From contig WJMJ01000034.1 in assembly GCA_014728035.1 (NCBI GenBank), positions 30,541-94,540 of the forward strand: DNA of 64,000 nucleotides. The letters run 5' to 3'. How positions within the stretch are numbered: position 1 is the stretch's first letter; every line of letters starts with the position of its first letter. Source of the stretch: Promethearchaeota archaeon (GTDB lineage: Archaea > Asgardarchaeota > Thorarchaeia > Thorarchaeales > Thorarchaeaceae). The notes under the pieces were generated by a model that was not told where the DNA came from, ran no database searches, and was given only the letters and a program-made list of their open reading frames with translations. The position numbers were made by a program, and so were the translations under genes. Of this stretch, positions 57,501-64,000 are shown piece by piece.

Positions 57501-58979
57501 GTTATCAAAGGTACAATTAGACGACTCTTCTAGATAGATCGCAGCTCCACGGTTTCCTAACATGGAGGAATTAGCTAGAGTGCAATTATTGCTATGCCCT
57601 ATTGAAACACCTACAGTTGCATTATTTGTAGAACAATCGATTAAAGTGACATCTGTACAATTACCGAGAATAATCTGACCGTAAGATGAACAATTTATTG
57701 TCGTATCACTCAGACTGGTGAAATACCCGAGAGAGTCCCCATTAATGGAATTTCCAGAAAAATATTGGAACCAATATTGAGGTTCACAAGTCAATCTATC
57801 GCCTCTTAGAAAGACACCATTTTCGATTAGTGTGTTATTAATTATTTTGCAATCTTCGGAGGTCCTAACACAGATTCCCCCTTGAAAGTTATTAATTGCA
57901 ATATTTGATATTACAGAACAATTGTGAGAAAAGGCCGTAACATAAAATCCGATGTTATTGTTATCCTCAGCAGTGTTGTTTTCAATTAGAAAATCTGTTG
58001 AGTACTCAAGTTGTACTCCAACAGAATTGTATTCCAAGGTATTATTTGTAATCACACATTGCATCGAGTAATACTCAGCAATACCAGCTCCTGTATTTCC
58101 TTCTAGATGGTTGAAAGATATGGAGCAGTTCCGGGAAGTTTCAGGTGCACTCCATGATGAAGTTGAGATCCCCCATTTGTTTTCGATAGCTGTATTATAT
58201 GAGATATTGCAATAGCTAGATGCATCAGCCCATATTCCTTCTGCTGCGTTGTTCATAACTATATTACTCTCAACAGCACAGCTGTCAGATTCCAGTAAAT
58301 ATATTCCAGTAGACAAACTTTCACATACTGTATTGTTCCTGATTTGAGAGTTACTGGATTGTTCGAGAGATATACCCTGATCATTCTTGTTAGCAGTATT
58401 ATTACTTACAATGATGCCATCCGAAGAAATTATAGATATTCCATACCATGTATTCTGATTAGCAGTATTATTGTGGATAAAACTTTCAGCAGATGTTGTT
58501 ACTCGAATGCCAACATATACATTATCTGAAACAATAGAATCCGTCACATTACATCCAGGAGAATCAATCAGATAGATACCCTGATAATGTGAGTCAACTT
58601 GACAACCTCGAATTTCTCCATTAGTAACGTTGTCTAGTAAAATTCCATCGGTATCCACATAATCGACCGCGGAAACTGAACAGCTCAGAATTTGAAAATA
58701 CACATCAGTGTTTGATATACTGATACAGACAGAATTATTCAAGATATGTAGTCCCTCAATAATATACGGATCTGTTGATAATCCACTACCAGAGTAACCT
58801 TGATCTATGAAGTCTTGATTACAAGTAATTACAATTGGATCGTGGTTAGTTGCACTAACAATAACAGATTGTGTATTGTCTAAAGTTTTGATTTCATACG
58901 ATTCTCTAACAGTATCTCCAGTGGGAGTGCTAGAAAGAATAAACACAAACAATAGTACAAAGAATATTCCTTTTCTCAT
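54594..58979 (-). CDS. Cell-surface parallel beta-helix (NosD/PbH1) protein with 4 Ig-like repeats, Thr-rich stalk and TM anchor
   Basis: Many GI-x-L-x-x-S-x-N-C-x-I-x-N-N repeats; three LGYF...YGQIIL modules; four D-x-x-x-P-x-I-D-S...YE...GVYNYT repeats; poly-Thr; C-terminal TM and KKKS. Confidence 0.9.
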   Translation of the reverse strand: MRKGIFFVLLFVFILSSTPTGDTVRESYEIKTLDNTQSVIVSATNHDPIVITCNQDFIDQGYSGSGLSTDPYIIEGLHILNNSVCISISNTDVYFQILSCSVSAVDYVDTDGILLDNVTNGEIRGCQVDSHYQGIYLIDSPGCNVTDSIVSDNVYVGIRVTTSAESFIHNNTANQNTWYGISIISSDGIIVSNNTANKNDQGISLEQSSNSQIRNNTVCESLSTGIYLLESDSCAVESNIVMNNAAEGIWADASSYCNISYNTAIENKWGISTSSWSAPETSRNCSISFNHLEGNTGAGIAEYYSMQCVITNNTLEYNSVGVQLEYSTDFLIENNTAEDNNNIGFYVTAFSHNCSVISNIAINNFQGGICVRTSEDCKIINNTLIENGVFLRGDRLTCEPQYWFQYFSGNSINGDSLGYFTSLSDTTINCSSYGQIILGNCTDVTLIDCSTNNATVGVSIGHSNNCTLANSSMLGNRGAAIYLEESSNCTFDNNVLVENGVFLQGSFSAWQHTFVDNIVNEKNLGYFKNSIGLEIDASNYGQIVLANCSDSTVRNGELKRVTAGIQFGHCTNCTVVDLVSRENSRYGIRLEESTKCNLSNCVLIDNLLYGILLDSSPDCTIEDNTQSSNAVYGILVFFSDNTMIINNTVADNLESGIFPYYSGGCTVLNNTVEGNNGRGFEFHEAPYCVIENNTAQLNGEHGIFLYSSSFCDLKNNTAESNRLNGIHLAEIANCSVLNCMSIGNGRFGIHGWNIDNCTISDTTIMNNTKDGIILMVSADCYILNNTISDNKECGISINECDRITVEGNVLENNGIYIGCTLEQWKHEISNNLVNGKDLGYFKELTGIEIDGTQFGQIILADCEDVTVSGGKFSETSIGIQLGYCTNCTISGVDTTENTISGIRIDDSTECTITESAITLNNDYGIQLVSSHYTEIRNTSISLNQYGLYLQGSDYSNVTNNTLSHNEYGVYLDKDSDNSLLYSNTIGYNTVQNGYDNGNANLWDNGTQGNKWDDYDQSGIYHIPGIGNSVDNHPVLIDWVSPEIDSPADIEYEMGTTEHTIEWHPTDLNPVSYQVQRNGSIVGSGFWDGSTIHIDVDGLTIGVYQYTLIVVDFGGNSVSDTVTVEVIDTTAPDIDSLDDTDYELGTTGQILCWNISDLNPNLCQLYVNGNLDVSESWTGPNFTTPVDCLELGVFNYTLLVKDTSNNQATDTVLVIIIDSTNPEINSPMDMEYEFNSSDNHIIWEPTDLDPGNFTIYLDGEIVDSQNWDGSQITLNVDDLDLGEYNYTVVVSDDSGNTVEDTVFVHVVDTTSPTIDSPADYTYEVGTTGHNITWIPSDDLPASYRILRNGTVLETDSWNGSEIEIVIDYLSAGVYNYTIIVSDTSGNTAIDTVIVTVTNDITTTTTTTTTSETSTVTETTPTTTETTTPTDSQVPSEQMTVLLSATFVAFVLVIVLAIAKKKS

Positions 58980-59139
58980 ACATAGGCCACCAGTAAATCG
59001 AGTCCTACTATTGGTTAATGTGGAAGAAAAGGTTAAACATACTTAGGATAAAATGTACGTAGAATCTCAGGTACAAATACTTCTCTAAGATGTCTAGTAT
59101 CTAGATGTTTTTGATATTATGTCTTGTATCTCTAATTTA

Positions 59140-59688
59140 CTAATGATTAAGACCTCTCCCCAAACTTCCTGCTTGCTCCATCAACGATGTATCATTCCGG
59201 ACAGACCCCTTTGGTCCGTGACCAGATGCAATAATCGTTTTCATGAGATTCATGCCAACGTATGGAATTATATCCTCAAACATGCCAACAACATGTCGAC
59301 TGTAGTGTTTACTTTCAGCTCCAGAAGGAATGACGCACAAGCAATCTTTCCCTTTGAACAGACTCCGATCAACACCGTACCATCTATCGATGAATGCCTT
59401 CATCTGGGCAGATGGTCCCCACCAATATACGGGAGTACCCAGAACCAAAATTGAAGATTCACCTATCTTATCGATTATCCCTGTCATATCATCATCATGA
59501 ATACATTTCTTTGTTTTCGAACACGAGTCACAAGCGGTACAGGGATGTATCTCACAATCATAAAGATATACGGAATCAGTTTCTAGACCTGATTCTTCAG
59601 CAGCTTGAAGGATCTCCCGAATTAGAATGTCAGTATTCCCATTTTTTCGAGGACTGCCAATGATACCAAGAACTTTTCTTTTAGACAT
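59140..59688 (-). CDS. Iron-sulfur flavoprotein / flavodoxin-family protein
   Basis: GSPRKNGNT, CTACDSCSKTKKC cluster, GTPVYW, MKAFIDRW. Confidence 0.9.
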   Translation of the reverse strand: MSKRKVLGIIGSPRKNGNTDILIREILQAAEESGLETDSVYLYDCEIHPCTACDSCSKTKKCIHDDDMTGIIDKIGESSILVLGTPVYWWGPSAQMKAFIDRWYGVDRSLFKGKDCLCVIPSGAESKHYSRHVVGMFEDIIPYVGMNLMKTIIASGHGPKGSVRNDTSLMEQAGSLGRGLNH

Positions 59689-59815
59689 GAAGTTGACCAC
59701 TTGCTAATACCTCTTAACCTTTAATGCCTGAGCAGGAAAAAATCAATTCTAAATGATGGTAAGATATTTATTTTATTAATTCAATATTATCCATTCAATT
59801 AGGGAGATATGAAGA

Positions 59816-60286
59816 TTGGATTTAAGAAAAAGAGTACTACTCTTCTATGGATTAGCTTTGTTAATGCTTCTTGTTGCAACTATATACGGATTTGCAGTAA
59901 ATGAAATACTAGGGATAGCTTCACTACTCGCGATGGTCTTTATCGGATCTCTTCAAGCTAGAAGCTTGATGTTGATGCTGACAAATACCGTTGTTCATCA
60001 TTATACTCAACGAGATCAAATTGGTAGAAAATACGAATATACAGGTACAGAGACTCCTGCAACAATGGGATTTGTGGCAGGAATCATTATGACAATATTA
60101 GCAGTGGGAGGTTCAGCATTTACAGATTGGACGTGGCTAGGAACAACACCAATCAATCTGGCAAATATAGCATGGATAGCAAATGCCATTCTTTCATTTA
60201 TTGGTGCGATTACTGCATTCCAGATTATTAGATACAAACCACCCGAGAAAAAAGTCGTATCAGAACACGAGAGATTTGGTCTTTAA
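59816..60286 (+). CDS. Hypothetical 4-TM membrane protein
   Basis: Four hydrophobic segments; GGGAG upstream; TTG start. Confidence 0.6.
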   Translation: MDLRKRVLLFYGLALLMLLVATIYGFAVNEILGIASLLAMVFIGSLQARSLMLMLTNTVVHHYTQRDQIGRKYEYTGTETPATMGFVAGIIMTILAVGGSAFTDWTWLGTTPINLANIAWIANAILSFIGAITAFQIIRYKPPEKKVVSEHERFGL

Positions 60287-60336
60287 ATCGCATTACCGAA
60301 TAAACCTATATATCCTTCAATCATGCATGGAAACTC

Positions 60337-61137
60337 ATGAGAGAAGATATCGATAAATTGGTAAAAGCGATATCGGCTCGACAATCAAATAGACATTATC
60401 TACCTGAGCTATTGGAATCAAACCATAGGGATGAGATGAATCGCTTCATCAAATCACTCGATCCACCATTTGATACTGATGTTGAACTAAATTATCATGA
60501 GGTACCGAATGATGATAAGATAGTCTATTTCAAAGGGCCTCCACAATTCATCTCGTTATCTACTTCTGAATCAATCTTAGACAAGGCAAAAGCTGGATTT
60601 CTAGGAGAACTAGTAATTCTCTATGCTGAGAGTCTTGGAGTGAAGACATGCTGGATGGGACACTTCAAGAAAAAGGAAGTATATCAGATAGTACACAATT
60701 CGTCTGAGGAGGAAAGTTCGAAAAAGATATTTTGTATAATCACACTTGGATATATTCCAGATAAGACAGGTCTATTGGATAGATTCTCGAAATGGCGTAT
60801 GTCAAAGAAGAATAGAAGTGTGAGTTCATTCTTACATGAAGACTCTATGGAAGAATTCCCTGAAAACATTCGATTTGCATTAGATTTAGCCGGTAAGGCT
60901 CCCTCAGCCATGAACTCACAGAAGTGGTACTATCACATATCCACTCAAGACGAAAAGTATACTATAGAAATAAGCAAACCGAACAACTATCAACATTTCA
61001 AATGGAAGCATTACAATATGGATGTTGGAGCAGCTGCTGCACATTGTTGGTTAGGTTTATCAGTTCGTGGTCTGGAACCAATAGTTAGTCTTTCTACTAG
61101 AGAGAATGATGTCATTTGGAAATTCATGTGTAAATAA
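60337..61137 (+). CDS. Nitroreductase-family protein (two-domain, TM1586-like)
   Basis: AISARQSNRHY, LGVKTCWMG, KAPSAMNSQKW, DVGAAAAH. Confidence 0.85.
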   Translation: MREDIDKLVKAISARQSNRHYLPELLESNHRDEMNRFIKSLDPPFDTDVELNYHEVPNDDKIVYFKGPPQFISLSTSESILDKAKAGFLGELVILYAESLGVKTCWMGHFKKKEVYQIVHNSSEEESSKKIFCIITLGYIPDKTGLLDRFSKWRMSKKNRSVSSFLHEDSMEEFPENIRFALDLAGKAPSAMNSQKWYYHISTQDEKYTIEISKPNNYQHFKWKHYNMDVGAAAAHCWLGLSVRGLEPIVSLSTRENDVIWKFMCK

Positions 61138-61206
61138 TTAGTAAATGGTGTTAGCCGGATATTCTTCTAGGTGAATATCTCAAATCTAACTAGAGTAATT
61201 TAATAT

Positions 61207-61770
61207 TCAAACAAAGTCAAGCAAATCCCACGCTTTGAAAGTCTCAAAGAAGGAACTCTGTTCGGTCTGAAGTTCTTTTGCATATCTTTGACCGCTATCA
61301 GTTTGGATAAGAGGATACATAGTTAGTTGTAATTCTTCAGATTCTCTAACCGCTTGTTCAAAAGAAATACCATCTCTATTGGTCCTATAGCATACTTCTC
61401 GCACTAATCCAAATGGTCCAAGAGTCTGCAATTTATCTGCATCAAATACGACTTTAGCCTCAATAGTTTCTGCTTTTCGAATGGTTTCTGGTTCTACACA
61501 TTCAACACAATGCAATATGGGCTTTCGAAGATTTGACTCTAATTCAATTGACCTGAGAAATGATTCAACTTCACCAAGTCGTTCTGGGTGATATTGATGA
61601 AGCAGAGCCCCAAATCTTACGATTTCAATATCAGCTGATTCTTTCTGAGATAAATGCAATGCCAATGTTACAGTCCTTTCAGCATGTGAACGCCCATGAG
61701 TATAATCAAGAGATTCATATATTTGGAAAGCAAATTCTAGAATCGCCTCTTCTTGTTTTTCCGTTATCAT
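61207..61770 (-). CDS. HD-domain protein with HD>HQ substitution
   Basis: THGRSHAERTV, GALLHQ (normally ALLHD), EAKVVFDADKLQTLGPFG. Confidence 0.8.
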   Translation of the reverse strand: MITEKQEEAILEFAFQIYESLDYTHGRSHAERTVTLALHLSQKESADIEIVRFGALLHQYHPERLGEVESFLRSIELESNLRKPILHCVECVEPETIRKAETIEAKVVFDADKLQTLGPFGLVREVCYRTNRDGISFEQAVRESEELQLTMYPLIQTDSGQRYAKELQTEQSSFFETFKAWDLLDFV

Positions 61771-61922
61771 AATTACTCACCATTATGGACACAGTATTTC
61801 AATATGATTATTCTCTCTAATGTGGATAAAATAGATCAATCAGGTGAGTATTCATCATCATTAGTTCCCATGTCAACATTCTTAAGCCAATGTGCTAAAT
61901 TATAGTTAAGAGAGTTACAAGA

Positions 61923-62699
61923 ATGAGCAAGAGCGAGAAAAAAGATATTGGAGCACCCATTGTCAGAGTTCACCAGACAAAGGAGATTAAGATAGAGAAC
62001 CCCTTGCTAGTTTTTGGCTTTCCTTCAGCAGGACTTGTCGGAACTATAGCAGCTAATTATCTTGTAGAAAAATTTGAAATGGAACAGGTAGCACATGTTA
62101 GATCTAGATTCATTCCTTCAGCAGCTATTTTCATAGACGGAATCTTAAAGCACCCATTTAGAATTTATGCAGATGACGAACAGAAACTACTGGTAGCTGT
62201 CTGTGAAGTGCCAATAGATGAAGAGGGAATATCAACTATCAGCTCAGAGGTTCTTAACTGGGCAAAGGAGAACGGAGTGAATGAATCCGTCATTCTTGAT
62301 GGTATTCCTGTTCAAGGCATCCCTCGTGAGCGAAAAGTCCTGTATGCAGCAGAAGAAGAAAAAATACCCGAACTGGAAAAAATAGACGGCATTGAACTTC
62401 TACAAAAGGGTATAATAACTGGCATTGCAGGAGCTCTCCTTGCGGATACACTCACCAATGATATGATTGGCTTTGCCTTTCTTACCCCGACAATGGCACA
62501 ACTTCCTGACCCAGAAGGCGCACTGAAGATTCTGGAAGTCATTGACAAACTATACAATTTCGGGATAGATATGACAGAAATAAAGAAACATGCAGAAGAA
62601 GTCAAAGAGAAACTCAAAGAGATGGCCCAGCAAGTACAATCGATGAAACAAGAACGGTCCGGCAAAGAAGGCAGAGACTTCCGAAGATACTATGCATAA
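61923..62699 (+). CDS. PAC2-family proteasome assembly chaperone (PbaB-like)
   Basis: GFPSAGLVGTIAANYL, HPFRIY, ITGIAGALL, PDPEGA, coiled tail, C-terminal HbYX-type YYA. Confidence 0.9.
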   Translation: MSKSEKKDIGAPIVRVHQTKEIKIENPLLVFGFPSAGLVGTIAANYLVEKFEMEQVAHVRSRFIPSAAIFIDGILKHPFRIYADDEQKLLVAVCEVPIDEEGISTISSEVLNWAKENGVNESVILDGIPVQGIPRERKVLYAAEEEKIPELEKIDGIELLQKGIITGIAGALLADTLTNDMIGFAFLTPTMAQLPDPEGALKILEVIDKLYNFGIDMTEIKKHAEEVKEKLKEMAQQVQSMKQERSGKEGRDFRRYYA

Positions 62700-62705
62700 A
62701 GAATC

Positions 62706-62727
62706 AAAGAGGGGAGGTCCCCTCTTT
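62706..62727. terminator. Hairpin between convergent genes
   Basis: AAAGAGGGG-aggt-CCCCTCTTT, 9-bp stem in a 32-nt gap. Confidence 0.6.
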
Positions 62728-62731
62728 CTAT

Positions 62732-64000
62732 TTACCATACCCAGATAGCTAAAAGTTGCATAGTAGCAGCTTGTAAAAATGTCATGATAAGCAATAATAT
62801 CCAATCCCTTTTACGCACATTCTTTTCCTTCAGATAGTAGATAACTGGAAGGAGAATCATTGGAAGGATAAACATACAAATTCGGGCTGTTTCTCCTTTC
62901 TTTGGAGCACCAGTTAAGAACAACAAACCAAGAGCGATGACACTTGCTACGAAAATAGATAGTATTTCAATTACATCTGTATCTTGGTCCATTTCATTCC
63001 ACATATGAAATCCAAGGACTGCTAATACAGTTAGAATAGGTCCAACAAAGACTAGGATATCCATCACATCTTGAACACGGGTGATTAGATAATTCAGGGG
63101 ATTATCCACCAACATGAAGCCATTTGGGTTCTCTACTGATGAAGCATGAAGGAATGAGTCAACATAATTGAAACCCAATCCAAGCCAGAGTAGAATGTAA
63201 AATACTCCACCAATTATTCCGATTGCAATCAGCTTCCAAATTGAATGCATGAATGATTGAAATTGTTCAAGAAAACTACTAGGTGTTCTAGTTTTCAGGT
63301 AATGTACAACTTCAAACAAAAACAAGAATAATGCCATATACACGAACAAGAATGACGTGAAAGATCCCAAAATAAAGCAGACAGCACTACCGAGGATTTT
63401 AGTAAATTGGTCATCCTGTAGATAGAAATACAGCATCCCAGCTGCATATGTCGCAACCATGGCATAGATATTTGCAAGATAGTAAACCTGCACTGCGGGT
63501 AGAACAAGAAAGAGTAGAACTGCATACCTACTTGTTTCCTCCCCGAAATATTTACGATAGATCCCATCAATGAAAAAAGCACTGAAGAGAGTAGCAACCC
63601 CACAGAGAGCTATAGCGATAACACCTGGTTCCTGGAATACCACATAGAATAGATGCATTGTAAGAACTGCAAAAGGAGGCTGGGTCTGAGCATGTGTCGT
63701 AAGAGATCCCTGGTTTTCCACATACATACTGATGAATTCCAAGGGGTTAGTTATTGCCATGGCATCAGTTAGAATCTCATTAGATGAACCAATAGCGGAA
63801 TAAATCCCGATGAACCACCCATGAATGAAATTCGTGCTTATGATGAGTAAAAAACCAAAAATCGCAATAACTGGTAATGATGGGATTCCTCGCCCTGTTT
63901 TATAGAAATAATACATCGTTGTTACAAAAAGGGATGATACTACTGCAAAGAATATGATTTCAAACAGGGTAGGTGATACCAATTGGCCCCATAACGGCCA
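62732..64000 (-). CDS. Polytopic membrane protein, probable GT-C glycosyltransferase; may be 5'-truncated
   Basis: About 11 TM; loop THAQTQPPF (H/QPP motif of PMT/GT39-like proteins), GETARI; frame stays open to the window end. Confidence 0.55.
   Translation of the reverse strand, partial: WPLWGQLVSPTLFEIIFFAVVSSLFVTTMYYFYKTGRGIPSLPVIAIFGFLLIISTNFIHGWFIGIYSAIGSSNEILTDAMAITNPLEFISMYVENQGSLTTHAQTQPPFAVLTMHLFYVVFQEPGVIAIALCGVATLFSAFFIDGIYRKYFGEETSRYAVLLFLVLPAVQVYYLANIYAMVATYAAGMLYFYLQDDQFTKILGSAVCFILGSFTSFLFVYMALFLFLFEVVHYLKTRTPSSFLEQFQSFMHSIWKLIAIGIIGGVFYILLWLGLGFNYVDSFLHASSVENPNGFMLVDNPLNYLITRVQDVMDILVFVGPILTVLAVLGFHMWNEMDQDTDVIEILSIFVASVIALGLLFLTGAPKKGETARICMFILPMILLPVIYYLKEKNVRKRDWILLLIMTFLQAATMQLLAIWVW

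Noticed and set aside
61923-62699. Functional link between the PAC2 chaperone and the PC-repeat NTPase
   Set aside because: About 20 kb apart with many unrelated genes between; proximity is not evidence
1-64000. Selenocysteine/pyrrolysine read-through, tRNA, rRNA, CRISPR, transposases or integrases
   Set aside because: The gene ends I checked show no in-frame continuation past TGA/TAG, and no such RNA, array or recombinase motifs were recognised by eye; tRNAscan/Infernal were not run

Overview
64 kb of AT-rich, gene-dense archaeal chromosome. Gene content points to an Asgard archaeon, most like Thorarchaeia; this is inferred from protein families, not a marker-gene search. The clues are an archaeal/eukaryote-type TyrRS, a PAC2 chaperone with an HbYX tail, an MFS-longin fusion, LRR/TPR proteins, a Rab-like pseudo-GTPase and giant acidic sequon-rich single-pass surface proteins. 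I found no rRNA, tRNA, CRISPR array or transposase. About 40 CDS are present, with partial genes at both ends. Main points of interest: (1) an NLR-like STAND/NACHT ATPase with a Gly-zipper N-terminus and 11 C-terminal repeats resembling the proteasome/cyclosome (PC) repeats of Rpn1/Rpn2, coupled to a methyltransferase-like gene (38341-42401); (2) a DUF362-UbiA(DPPR synthase)-PHP-flippase operon that looks like a lipid-linked pentose donor pathway with no DprE1/E2 in the window (14185-17942); (3) two coupled giant paralogous surface proteins with a conserved cytoplasmic tail, one with an inserted NHL propeller, downstream of a membrane-anchored metzincin (19032-37928); (4) a catalytically degenerate Rab-like domain fused to a Cys-rich domain, in an apparent operon with a LOG-family protein and a PPP phosphatase (11584-14074); (5) tandem perfect palindromic operators at a PadR-ABC exporter promoter. 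All family calls come from reading motifs by eye; no searches were run.
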